The position numbers and the translations under genes were made by a program. From assembly GCA_039818205.1 (NCBI GenBank), contig JBCBUK010000012.1:32001-96000 (forward strand): a stretch of DNA of 64,000 nucleotides, in the 5' to 3' direction. Of the stretch, positions 19,464 through 29,241 are shown one piece after another. The stretch's first letter is position 1. Each line of letters starts with the position of its first letter. The notes under the pieces are model-generated. The model was not told the DNA's origin, searched no databases, and worked only from the letters and a program-made list of their open reading frames with translations. This DNA comes from Verrucomicrobiota bacterium. Its GTDB lineage: Bacteria > Verrucomicrobiota > Verrucomicrobiia > Opitutales > Cerasicoccaceae.

Positions 19464-22052
19464 ATGTCAAACGGTAAGCGACGCATAGGGCGTTGGATCC
19501 TGCTGGCATATCTCCTCTTACTGGCCGCATCGACCATTGTTCGTTGGAATCTCCCGGCAACGGGAGAGCTGATGCCGGAGCAAGTGCGCGTTTCCTTGCC
19601 GGAATACCGCGGCGAAGAACCCACCGGCGAGACCATTGAAATTGCCTACCGGGACCTGCCAGCCAATCGCCCAGATGCACCCGTCCTGGTCATGATCCAT
19701 GGGAGCCCGATGGGTTCTCAGGCAATGAACAACATGATCGAGCAGCTCCGGGGCGACTACCGCTTAATCGTACCGGACCTACCCGGCTTTGGCGGATCGA
19801 CCCTCAAAGTAGACGATTACTCGGTTTTAACGCACGCGCACAACTTACGTGATCTCCTAGACCACCTACAGATTGACCATGCCCACATTCTTGGCTACAG
19901 CCAAGGCGGCGGGGTCATCTTGGAATTTGCGGACCGCAACCCAGAGATGACGCAATCACTAATCATGGTTGCTGCTATCGGCGTCCAGGAACTTGAGTTA
20001 TTGGGCGACTACACGCTCAACCATGCGATCTACAGCACCCAGTGGCTCCTCTTCTGGCTGCTGGAGAACTTTACTCCGCACTTTGGCTACATCGACGAGG
20101 GACTCCTGAACGTGGCCTATGCGCGGAATTTCTCAGACACGGACCAGCGTCCACTTCGAGGCGCTCTTGAACGCTACGCCGGGCCAATGTTGATCTTGCA
20201 TGGCCAAAATGATGTTTTGGTTCCGCTGGCTGCCGCCGAAGAACACGCACGCCTCGTTCCCCAAAGCAAGTTGGCAGTTGAACCCAACGAGGGGCATATT
20301 TTCCCCTTCACCCATCCCAAGTGGGTCAAGTCGAAGCTCGAGCCGTTTATTAAGAAGATCGAGCGTGGCGAAGCCACTTTGCGATCAACCGTCGAGCAAG
20401 GCTCATCCTCAAACGGTTCCAATCCCGCCGGCCAACTCGCTGCCGCGACGGGCAAGGTGCTGCTTTTCTACTGCATTCTCTTGATCATTGGTACCCTAAT
20501 CTCCGAGGACCTGACATGCATTGCAGCGGGTATCCTTGCCTCCCAAGGCATTATTGGATTCTGGCCCGCAACGGCGGCCTGTCTGGTTGGGATCTTCTTT
20601 GGCGATCTTTGGTTGTTCTACGCCGGGCGCTGGCTGGGCCGCCCCGCAATTAAACGGGCGCCTTTTAAATGGTTTTTGAATGAGCGCGACGTCGACGGTG
20701 CCGAGCAGTGGTTCCATCGGCGTGGGGCAGCGTTGATCTTCTTCACGCGGTTTATTCCGGGTGCCCGCCTACCAACCTACTTTGCGGCTGGAGTACTCCG
20801 TTCCCCACTCAAGAAGTTCATCTTCTACTTCATGCTCGCCGCCGCCATCTGGACCCCTGCGCTGGTCGGACTATCGATGGTGATGGGCCAGACCTTCCTT
20901 GGCTTCTTTGAAAAGTTCGAGAAATGGGCACCACTGGCCTTCGTTGGATTCGTCATCACGATGCTGATGGCGACGCGCATCCTGGCACCACTTCTTACCT
21001 GGGAGGGGCGCCGACTACTTTTATCGCGTTGGCAACGGATGACCAAATGGGAATTTTGGCCGATGTGGGCATTCTATCCACCGGTCTTTTTCTACGTCAT
21101 TTTCCAAGGCTTACGCTACCGCTGCCCGCCCCTGTTCACCGCAGTAAATCCAGCTATGCCCGAGGGAGGATTTTCCGAAGAGTCGAAATCCGCGATATTG
21201 GACGGCCTGAAGGAGGCCGGTGACGTTATCGGGCGCTGGGAATCGATGCCCGCCCTCGGCGAAGATCGCCTCGGCGCTCTGGAGGCGTTTATGAAGCGAG
21301 AGGACCTGACTTACCCAATCGTTTTAAAACCCAACGAAGGCCAGCGAGGCGAAGGTGTCGCGGTGATCAAAGATCGCGAGCAGGCCGCAGACTATCTCAA
21401 TCGCTGCCAACTCAAGGTCATCGCGCAGGAGTTTCTGCCCGGGCGTGAATATGGCATATTTTACTACCGCTACCCCAACCAGGAAACTGGCGTGCTCTGG
21501 GGGATCACTGACAAGCGATTCACCAGTGTTACCGGCGATGGTGAGAATTCCTTGCGCCATCTCATCCTCGCAGACCCACGCGCAGTTTGCGCGGCTCAGT
21601 TTTTCCTCCGTCGACACGCGGAGGACTTGGCAACGGTGCCAGATAAGGACGAAGTTGTGGTGTTGGCCGAGCTAGGCACCCACTGTCGCGGCGCTGTCTT
21701 TCTCGATGGCTCGCACCTGATAACCGACGTTCTCAGCCAAAAAATCGACGAGATCAGCCGCACCTATGATGGGTTTTACTTTGGACGCTACGATGTTCGA
21801 GCCGAGAACGACGAAGCCTTGCAACGGGGCGATTTTCGGGTCATTGAATTAAATGGCGTCACTTCAGAAGCAACCTGGATTTATGACCCCAAACATTCGG
21901 TGTTTTTCGGATGGAAAACTCTCCTGCGCCAATGGAAGATTGCCTTCGAGATCGCTGATCAAAACCGCCGAAACGGCTTCCCACCCGCTAAGTCATCCCA
22001 AGTGCTCTACCTCCTTTTTCACCTGCGCGATCGAGAAGTATTTGAGGCCTAA
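19464..22052 (+). CDS. Fusion protein: alpha/beta hydrolase + DedA/VTT + ATP-grasp
   Basis: IHGSP, DLPGFG, GYSQGG nucleophile elbow; SEDLTCIAAG and RFIPGARLPTYFAAG (DedA); LKPNEGQRGEG, QEFLPG, GRYDVR, VIELNG (ATP-grasp). Confidence 0.85.
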   Translation: MSNGKRRIGRWILLAYLLLLAASTIVRWNLPATGELMPEQVRVSLPEYRGEEPTGETIEIAYRDLPANRPDAPVLVMIHGSPMGSQAMNNMIEQLRGDYRLIVPDLPGFGGSTLKVDDYSVLTHAHNLRDLLDHLQIDHAHILGYSQGGGVILEFADRNPEMTQSLIMVAAIGVQELELLGDYTLNHAIYSTQWLLFWLLENFTPHFGYIDEGLLNVAYARNFSDTDQRPLRGALERYAGPMLILHGQNDVLVPLAAAEEHARLVPQSKLAVEPNEGHIFPFTHPKWVKSKLEPFIKKIERGEATLRSTVEQGSSSNGSNPAGQLAAATGKVLLFYCILLIIGTLISEDLTCIAAGILASQGIIGFWPATAACLVGIFFGDLWLFYAGRWLGRPAIKRAPFKWFLNERDVDGAEQWFHRRGAALIFFTRFIPGARLPTYFAAGVLRSPLKKFIFYFMLAAAIWTPALVGLSMVMGQTFLGFFEKFEKWAPLAFVGFVITMLMATRILAPLLTWEGRRLLLSRWQRMTKWEFWPMWAFYPPVFFYVIFQGLRYRCPPLFTAVNPAMPEGGFSEESKSAILDGLKEAGDVIGRWESMPALGEDRLGALEAFMKREDLTYPIVLKPNEGQRGEGVAVIKDREQAADYLNRCQLKVIAQEFLPGREYGIFYYRYPNQETGVLWGITDKRFTSVTGDGENSLRHLILADPRAVCAAQFFLRRHAEDLATVPDKDEVVVLAELGTHCRGAVFLDGSHLITDVLSQKIDEISRTYDGFYFGRYDVRAENDEALQRGDFRVIELNGVTSEATWIYDPKHSVFFGWKTLLRQWKIAFEIADQNRRNGFPPAKSSQVLYLLFHLRDREVFEA

Positions 22053-22057
22053 TTACT

Positions 22058-22627
22058 ATGGACCCGAACTACGATCCAGATGCTGCCCCTAGTCTCCACC
22101 AAGCACTGATGGAACGAGACTTTGCTCGAGCACGCGAGTTCCTCAGCAGTGGAGAGTCTCTCGATGACATCATCGAAGACGATGGTTACACCTTCCTCCA
22201 TGTAGCCGCCGCCGAGGGCGATATGGAAATGGTCCAATTTTTCCTGAATCACGGTTGTCCCAAGTCACTAGAAAACTTCAATGAAATCAACCAAACGCCG
22301 CTTATCGCCGCGGCGTCCAACGGACAACTAACGGTGATAAAGCTTCTCCTAGCGAATGGCGCTAAAGTGAATGCCAATGATGAAGAGAGGATCGGCAACA
22401 CGGCGATACGGGAAGCCGTTTATGGCGGCCATGCCAGCGTGGTTGAAGAACTCCTCAATCAGGGAGCAGATCCAACGATTCCGGGATGGATGGCAATGAG
22501 CGCCGTCGACCAGGCATTCTATACGATTGAGGGAGGGATGAACTCAACAGTCGCTCAAACGATTCAGAGTCTTCTTATGCAATTCCCGAGCAATATTAAA
22601 GACCGCTACCTCAATGAGAACGCCTGA
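22058..22627 (+). CDS. Ankyrin repeat protein
   Basis: GYTFLHVAA, QTPLIAAASNG...LLLANGAKVNA, GNTAIREA...LLNQGADP. Confidence 0.88.
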   Translation: MDPNYDPDAAPSLHQALMERDFARAREFLSSGESLDDIIEDDGYTFLHVAAAEGDMEMVQFFLNHGCPKSLENFNEINQTPLIAAASNGQLTVIKLLLANGAKVNANDEERIGNTAIREAVYGGHASVVEELLNQGADPTIPGWMAMSAVDQAFYTIEGGMNSTVAQTIQSLLMQFPSNIKDRYLNENA

Positions 22628-22646
22628 TCGGCATCACAAAAATACC

Positions 22647-23213
22647 TTAGGCAAAGTCACGACGAAATCGACGTGCTTCGCGGATGTAGAAGCGCTCGAG
22701 ATGGCGCACGACCTCCGACATTGGCTGGGAATCCGTATAAAAACACGCTCCCGCGCTCAGGTAAATTGGCTCACGCTCGGCTAGCAGCTCGCGGATGCGT
22801 TTACGTGGGTCCGGCACATTTAAAAGCGGTCGATTGGCGTTCCCGCTCGTGCGTTCCAAGATCGTGTCTGGGCTGGCAAACAGGCAGGCGACCAAGCCAC
22901 GCTTTTTCAGCTCATCAATCATCCCTGGAGCCATCACCAACCCGCCGCCGCAGGAAACCACGCAGTTTTTCTCGGGATGGCCGCCCTCGACAAACGAGCG
23001 TTCTAGCCCGCGAAAGTGCCCTTCGCCATCGGCTTTGAAAATTTCTGGGATACTCTTTCCCTGATCCGTCTCGATGGCCTTGTCGGAGTCGATGTGTTGC
23101 ATCTTCATCCGGCGCGCAAACGCACGTCCCACGGTGCTCTTACCCGTACCCATAAAACCCACCAAATATAGATTTGGTCGGACTTCGGCCGGATTGCGTT
23201 TCGCGGAGATCAT
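22647..23213 (-). CDS. aroK: Shikimate kinase
   Basis: GFMGTGKSTVG, GEGHFR, SCGGG, RPLL; start set at ATG 23213. Confidence 0.93.
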   Translation of the reverse strand: MISAKRNPAEVRPNLYLVGFMGTGKSTVGRAFARRMKMQHIDSDKAIETDQGKSIPEIFKADGEGHFRGLERSFVEGGHPEKNCVVSCGGGLVMAPGMIDELKKRGLVACLFASPDTILERTSGNANRPLLNVPDPRKRIRELLAEREPIYLSAGACFYTDSQPMSEVVRHLERFYIREARRFRRDFA

Positions 23214-23441
23214 AATGAGATTGATTCCTAGAACTTGTTGGCCCGGACGCCAGGTGCAAGATCTATTGTCCGTCAACCAGTATTGAATCGTGGGCAAGAT
23301 TAGAATGGTTGCAGTTGGATACTCAATGCTATGAGGTTCAATTGCGGAAATGCATTTTCAGTAAGAGTTTAGCTAATGCATGGCATAAAAGGCGCTTGTC
23401 GCTTGAAAAGCCATGCATTCGAGTCATCTTTAAAATTAGCT

Positions 23442-24602
23442 ATGCCAGTTAGTGCTCCCACAAAGTCCCAAACGGACGCCAAGTCTCTCGGCCGCCATCG
23501 ATCCAGCAACGGGCCTCTCGAAATCCTACTACCGCTCGAAGAAGAACTCCACGCGTGCATCACGATGGAAGTCAAGGAGCTCGAGGACCGCATTACCGAG
23601 CACCCGACGCTCAAACCGGCATGGCAGGTGTTAAAAGCTTTTCTGCGGAGGCCCGGTAAACGGGTTAGACCATCGCTGTTCTTGTTAAGTTACAGCATGT
23701 TTGATGGGCGCAAAGCTCCCCCGCCCCGCGCTGCTTTCCGCGTGGCCGGAGCACTGGAAATTTTTCATGCCTTTGCCCTCGTCCATGACGACCTCATCGA
23801 CTGCTCGGACTCGCGCCGCGGTAAACCAACCCTTCACCGTGGCCTAGAGGCAAACGTAACCAGCTGCGCCCGCAATGCAGAAAGCCTGGCGCTGGTCTTG
23901 GGCGATATTCTTTTCGGTTTTGCGATGGAGTGCTTCCTCGATCCCGATCTACCTGGACCTCCGAGCCAAACCGCTATGCGCTACTTCTTGCGCATCGCCC
24001 AAGAAACTGGCATCGGGCAAGCCGCAGAGATCTCCATGCTCGACCAGACACTGGGCGACGTTCGAGAAGCGGATATATTGCGGACTTATCATTTAAAAAC
24101 GACCCGCTACACGGTCGAATGTCCTTTGGTTTTGGGTGCCATTCTTGCCGGTGGTAGCCATGAGGCACAATCTGACCTGAAAAGCTTTGCTAGCCCACTC
24201 GGATTGGCGTTTCAGATGGAGAATGATCTGCACGAAGTCGAACTCCTTCCCGATGTGGCCCCTGAGCTCGCCTATGATTTTCGATGTGGCGTAAAAACGT
24301 TGGCCATTAAGCGTCTCCATGACGCGCTGCCGACGAAGAAACGTCAAATCCTCGTCGAGTCCCTGAAAGTTGCTGACACGCCGGAAGGAGTTACCCGGCT
24401 CGCTAAACTGGTCGAAGATTCCGGGATCATTAAAGAACTTCGACAAGAAATTCGCCAACATTTCATGGAAGCCCGCAAAACGCTGCAGGAGTCCTCTCTA
24501 CCGCAGGCTCAAGTCGCATTTCTAGAGTCCGTTGTATCGTTTATCCAAAAGAATCGTCATCATTCGGAATCTGTTGAGGTTCCATCCGCACAAAGCGCCT
24601 AG
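23442..24602 (+). CDS. Polyprenyl synthetase family protein
   Basis: GKRVRP, first Asp-rich motif HDDLIDCSDSRRG, GQ, KTTRYT; second motif degenerate (FQMENDLHE). Confidence 0.85.
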   Translation: MPVSAPTKSQTDAKSLGRHRSSNGPLEILLPLEEELHACITMEVKELEDRITEHPTLKPAWQVLKAFLRRPGKRVRPSLFLLSYSMFDGRKAPPPRAAFRVAGALEIFHAFALVHDDLIDCSDSRRGKPTLHRGLEANVTSCARNAESLALVLGDILFGFAMECFLDPDLPGPPSQTAMRYFLRIAQETGIGQAAEISMLDQTLGDVREADILRTYHLKTTRYTVECPLVLGAILAGGSHEAQSDLKSFASPLGLAFQMENDLHEVELLPDVAPELAYDFRCGVKTLAIKRLHDALPTKKRQILVESLKVADTPEGVTRLAKLVEDSGIIKELRQEIRQHFMEARKTLQESSLPQAQVAFLESVVSFIQKNRHHSESVEVPSAQSA

Positions 24603-24661
24603 GGAAACGACTCCCCGGAATCCGCTTGCGGATTGCCGATCGATGATGTTCTAATGGTTCC

Positions 24662-25105
24662 ATGTTGAACGATGTTGAAGAAGTCGAGATCAAGGGAGTA
24701 ATGCCAACATCCAATGGGTGTGCGGTCTTCCTAGGTTGCGAGGAAAAAACATTTGTCATCTACGTAGATCAGGGAATCGGCAACGCCATCTCCATGACGA
24801 TCAATCATGTGAAGAAAGAGCGCCCCCTTACTCACGACCTGATCAACAGTATCTTCAAGGGCTTTAGCGTTGGGGTTGAGCGCGTGGTGATCAATGATGT
24901 CGACGAGGGCACCTTCTTTGCACGTTTGATTTTAAGTATGGATAATGAGCTGGGTAAGAAGATTGTCGAAGTCGATGCCCGCCCCAGTGATTCCATTGTT
25001 CTTGCCCTCCAGGCAGAGAAACCGATTTATGCGGCACGTAAGGTCATTGACGGTGTCGAGGACATGACTGAAATCCTGGAACGGATTCTGAAACAGCAGG
25101 AGTGA
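24662..25105 (+). CDS. Bifunctional nuclease (DUF151) family protein
   Basis: RPLTHDL, GTFFARL, DARPSDSIVLAL. Confidence 0.92.
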   Translation: MLNDVEEVEIKGVMPTSNGCAVFLGCEEKTFVIYVDQGIGNAISMTINHVKKERPLTHDLINSIFKGFSVGVERVVINDVDEGTFFARLILSMDNELGKKIVEVDARPSDSIVLALQAEKPIYAARKVIDGVEDMTEILERILKQQE

Positions 25106-25198
25106 ACGGCAACTGAATTGAAAAACCGCACCAGCACCCCGTATTCCCTATCAGTAACTAGGTACGGGATGCGCGAATTGCCTAGTATTAGAGACAAG

Positions 25199-26302
25199 AT
25201 GAAGCCCCTGCCCGAATCATTAATTGCCGGCCAGCCACCAACGGCGTTAGCCCCAATGCAGGACGTGACCACCCGGCCATTTATGGCCATCGTGAATCAG
25301 TTCGGCCCACCCGACCTCTTCTTCACGGAGTACTTTCGCGTTCATGAACACTCGCGGCCCGAGGCTCATATTCTTGAATCAATCGATGACAACCCCAGCG
25401 ATCGCCCAGTCTTCGCCCAGTTGATTGGTGAGGATATCGAACACATGCAGCGCACGGTGCGGCTACTCTTGGAACACCCCGTTGCCGGAATCGATCTCAA
25501 TATGGGCTGCCCTGCCCCAAAGGTTTACAAAAAGAATGTGGGCGGCGGACTTCTCCGCGACCCACAAAAAATTGACCGTCTGCTTGGCGCACTACGGGAA
25601 GTCTGCCCCGGGCGCTTCACGGTAAAAATGCGAATCGGCTTCGACAACACGGATCCCTACAAGGAAGTGTTGAGCCTGATCAACAAACACGACGTTGATT
25701 TGCTAAGCGTGCATGGCCGAACGGTGAAAGGCATGTATCGCAGCGAGGTGGACTACGACTGCATTCGTCAGGCGGTCGACCACGTCGAGTGCCCCGTCTT
25801 GGCCAATGGTGATGTCTCTTCGGTCGCCAAGGGTCAGTGGGTGCTTGACCACACGGGAGCACACGGACTAATGATCGGGAGACACGCGATTCGCAATCCA
25901 TGGATTTTCCGGCAATTGCGCGAACACTTTGCAAAGCAAAGTATATTTCAACCTAAATTGAGTGACGTCCGCACTTACGTTGACTTGCTTTGGAAAGAAA
26001 CCCGCAAAGGGCGACACGATGAAAATCGACACGTCGCCTACCTTAAAAAATTCCTTAATTTCGTTGGCCAGAGTGTTGATGCCGAAGGAGCATTTCTTCG
26101 GGCAATGCGCCGCGCTCGTACTCCAGAAGAATTCTTTGCGGTGTGCGACGAGCACCTGATCGACAATGGCCACGCCGAGCAACCGTTATCCCCCGAGCCG
26201 TACCCCGGACTCGTGGCGCGCCCCAATCGCGAAGCGGCAGTCGGGCCATCGGCGAGCAAATCTGGAGAACTCACCGAGTGCAGCTTGGACAACGCCACTT
26301 AA
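25199..26302 (+). CDS. tRNA-dihydrouridine synthase family protein
   Basis: LAPMQDVT, DLNMGCP, VKMRIG, VHGRT, ANGDV, MIGR; start uncertain (25169 or 25199). Confidence 0.9.
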   Translation: MKPLPESLIAGQPPTALAPMQDVTTRPFMAIVNQFGPPDLFFTEYFRVHEHSRPEAHILESIDDNPSDRPVFAQLIGEDIEHMQRTVRLLLEHPVAGIDLNMGCPAPKVYKKNVGGGLLRDPQKIDRLLGALREVCPGRFTVKMRIGFDNTDPYKEVLSLINKHDVDLLSVHGRTVKGMYRSEVDYDCIRQAVDHVECPVLANGDVSSVAKGQWVLDHTGAHGLMIGRHAIRNPWIFRQLREHFAKQSIFQPKLSDVRTYVDLLWKETRKGRHDENRHVAYLKKFLNFVGQSVDAEGAFLRAMRRARTPEEFFAVCDEHLIDNGHAEQPLSPEPYPGLVARPNREAAVGPSASKSGELTECSLDNAT

Positions 26303-26335
26303 GGTGATAAGTCTACAAAGGCTCGACTTATTCCG

Positions 26336-27151
26336 ATGGCACGCAAGAAACCTACTATGCTCCTGCAAATTATCAACGGCGTCGTCATCGGATCGCTCGT
26401 GGCTTACCTCGGCCTTTGCCTTTTTGCGATTTTCTTTGCAAATCGCATGATCTTTCCTGCCCCCGAGCCGAGCTACACCGATAGCAAGGAATACGTGAAG
26501 CTACCCCTGCGTTCCGGCAAGGAGATCACGACGCTCTACCTGGAGAATCCGGATGCGGAATTTACGATCCTCTACAGCCACGGGAATGGCGAAGACTTGG
26601 GCACGATCCGCCCCTTCCTTGAAGATCTCCGCCGGCGCGGTTTTTCGGTCATGGCCTATGACTATCCTGGCTACGGGACCAGCGAAGGTCGCCCAACCGA
26701 GCAAAGCTGCCTTGAGGCGATCGCAGCCGTGTTTAGCTATCTAGTCGTTCTACGTGACGTTGAGCCCGATAAAATCATTTTATTTGGGCGCTCGTTAGGT
26801 GGCGGCCCAACCATCGCACTTGCGTCCAAGAAAGTCGTTGCCGGCGTCATTACGGATGGCACTTACAGCAGCACGTTCCGTGTCGTCACAAAGCGCAAAC
26901 TCTTGCCGTGGGACGTTTTTGATAACCTGGCCGTTATCGACGAAATCAACTGTCCCATCCTGATCATGCATGGAACCGAGGATGGCACCGTCCCGTTCGC
27001 CCACGCCGAGGACCTCTTCGAGAAGGCGAAGGACCCGAAATACAAGCTGTTTATCGAAGGAGCAAACCACAACAATTTGGTTGAATTGGCGGGAAGCCGG
27101 TATTGGGATGCCATTGAGTCCTTTACTGAATCTTTATCCAAACCCCAATGA
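26336..27151 (+). CDS. Alpha/beta hydrolase (ABHD17/YfhR-like)
   Basis: SHGNGED, YDYPGYGTSEG, GRSLGG, HGTED, ANHN; N-terminal TM. Confidence 0.9.
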   Translation: MARKKPTMLLQIINGVVIGSLVAYLGLCLFAIFFANRMIFPAPEPSYTDSKEYVKLPLRSGKEITTLYLENPDAEFTILYSHGNGEDLGTIRPFLEDLRRRGFSVMAYDYPGYGTSEGRPTEQSCLEAIAAVFSYLVVLRDVEPDKIILFGRSLGGGPTIALASKKVVAGVITDGTYSSTFRVVTKRKLLPWDVFDNLAVIDEINCPILIMHGTEDGTVPFAHAEDLFEKAKDPKYKLFIEGANHNNLVELAGSRYWDAIESFTESLSKPQ

Positions 27152-27705
27152 GTCAATCTGCCCTCGTTATCTTGCACCCAGGCTTTGAGGAGATGGAAGC
27201 CGTTGCGCCCATCGACATTCTACGCCGTGGCGAGATCTCCGTCACCGTTGCATCACTCTCCACCGAGCGATTAGTTACCGGTAAAAACAGTGTTTCCATC
27301 CAAACCGATGCCCTACTCGACGAGGTGCTAGACAATGCTTTTGACATGCTGGTTTTACCTGGCGGCCCCGGAGTAAACCAAGGGCTGCGCCAAGATCCCC
27401 GTGTCCAGTCCATGGTCCAGCAGCAGCTGGCCGCTGGCCGGAAAGTTGCTGCCATATGTGCAGCACCACTAGTACTCTTAGACGCCGGAGTCTTGACCGG
27501 TAAAGCTTACACGGCTCACTTCACAACCGAGAATGAGCTTCCGGGACGCGATACCACAGCGGCCGTAGTCGTTGATGGACAAATCACCACTTCACAAGGC
27601 GCCGGAACCGCCACCGCATTCAGCTTGCAGGTGCTCGCCGAGCTCACGGAAACATCGACGGCCGCAAAGATCGCGGAGTCGATCTGCCTGCAGGCTCCTC
27701 AGTAA
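27148..27705 (+). CDS. DJ-1/PfpI (YajL/ThiJ-like) family protein
   Basis: GFEEMEA, LPGG, AICAAP, TSQGAGT. Confidence 0.92.
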   Translation: MSQSALVILHPGFEEMEAVAPIDILRRGEISVTVASLSTERLVTGKNSVSIQTDALLDEVLDNAFDMLVLPGGPGVNQGLRQDPRVQSMVQQQLAAGRKVAAICAAPLVLLDAGVLTGKAYTAHFTTENELPGRDTTAAVVVDGQITTSQGAGTATAFSLQVLAELTETSTAAKIAESICLQAPQ

Positions 27706-27723
27706 ACCCAATTCTAGACGACC

Positions 27724-29217
27724 GTGTGGGAAGAAGAATATCCGTTACCCGGCTATCAGTCGAATACCGAGCGCTACGCTACATTGCAATTCATCACGCT
27801 GGGCATCGGTTCAACGTGGTTTGTCGGTGGTGACTTTGCAGGCGGCTACGCCATTTGCGCCTCCATCGCCGCGCTTTCTCTATTCTTCTACTTTTTCCTC
27901 GGCCAGGAAGTCGTCATTTCCACGAGCCAGGATCAAAAACGTTTCCGACGATGGCTCCTCGTGCCCCTCTTATTCATGATCCTTTGGCCGGTGAGTCAGC
28001 TTTCGCCAACCATTACCGAATATGCCATCGGAGACCGAAATTATTTAACGTTCATTGAGCCAGATGGTGTTGGGCCCGTCACCTCAATTCTGGGTCACCA
28101 TTGGCAACCATCCCTATATCTAAGCATGATGCTTATCGCTGCGATAGGTTACACAGCCTTCACGGTAAGCCACTATGCCATCACTCGAACTTTGTGGGTG
28201 CTCCTGATAAACGCCACCGTGCTAGGTGCGGTCGGCTTGCTGACGAGCATCATGCACTGGGAAAAAATTCTGTCCTTCATCACCCCAGCGCAAGCGAACT
28301 TTTTCTCAACGTTCCCATCGGCCCATCAATGGTCAGCCTTTGCGCTTTTTTGGACGGTCGTTGGCTTCGGTTTGTTTTTTCACCTCAAGCGACGACAAAC
28401 TTGGACAAGCCTTTTAGAGAAAAATGGCGCGTGGCTCATCGCTGGTTGGTTAATCCTTGCTTATTCAGCCTATGAAACGGGGACTCCATTTCATCGTTTT
28501 CTTTTGGGCATCAGCGTCGGGCTGATCCTACTTCGCATCGGCACCGCATTGGTTCGCTATATGCGAACCGGCTTTGTCGCGGGTTTAATGGGCATCCTGC
28601 TTTTGCTCGCTGGCATCAGTGCGATTGGCTATAATTTATTCAACTTTGCCAATGAGTTTTCTCTGGCTCAAAGTGACCCATCCCGCGCTCCCTTTGGAAT
28701 TCCTTGGGGCACGCAACTAGCGCTCTGGCGGGACACTTGGCAGCTTTTCTTGGAGCGTCCGTTTTTCGGGTGGGGCGCGGGCTCATTTCAGGACATCTTT
28801 CCGTTCCATCAGCAGGTTGACCTTGGAAATTTCGAGTATACCTCGCCCCACTCGGATATCCTCCATGTACTATTCGAATACGGTATCGTTGGACTGTGTC
28901 TATTGCTGACCTTTCCCATCGTCATCGCCTTCAAATTCGCCTTCTTAAAACAGCGCCGTATGGTGAGCCACTATCTCTGGGGCGCCGTGACCCTCCTAGT
29001 GCTCCTCTCGCTTTTTTGCCAACCGCTGAGCACACCGGCCAACTTAGCATGCCTCTGGTTCGGGATAGCGGCTGCCTACAAGTGGTCAGAGATCGAACCG
29101 GTTACGCCAAAAAGTTTCTCTGCCAAAAACAACGGGGCCACCAGTGAAACCGAAAAAGATAAGAGAAAAAGCCGACCACGGAGGTCCAGCCAGAAGTCGA
29201 AGCGATCGGTGAACTGA
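27724..29217 (+). CDS. O-antigen ligase (Wzy_C) family membrane protein
   Basis: Multi-TM; LWRDTWQLFLERPFFGWGAGSF, PHSDILHVLFEYGIVG; the true start may lie elsewhere. Confidence 0.8.
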   Translation: MWEEEYPLPGYQSNTERYATLQFITLGIGSTWFVGGDFAGGYAICASIAALSLFFYFFLGQEVVISTSQDQKRFRRWLLVPLLFMILWPVSQLSPTITEYAIGDRNYLTFIEPDGVGPVTSILGHHWQPSLYLSMMLIAAIGYTAFTVSHYAITRTLWVLLINATVLGAVGLLTSIMHWEKILSFITPAQANFFSTFPSAHQWSAFALFWTVVGFGLFFHLKRRQTWTSLLEKNGAWLIAGWLILAYSAYETGTPFHRFLLGISVGLILLRIGTALVRYMRTGFVAGLMGILLLLAGISAIGYNLFNFANEFSLAQSDPSRAPFGIPWGTQLALWRDTWQLFLERPFFGWGAGSFQDIFPFHQQVDLGNFEYTSPHSDILHVLFEYGIVGLCLLLTFPIVIAFKFAFLKQRRMVSHYLWGAVTLLVLLSLFCQPLSTPANLACLWFGIAAAYKWSEIEPVTPKSFSAKNNGATSETEKDKRKSRPRRSSQKSKRSVN

Positions 29218-29241
29218 CTAACCGTAGAACGAAAGAATCTC

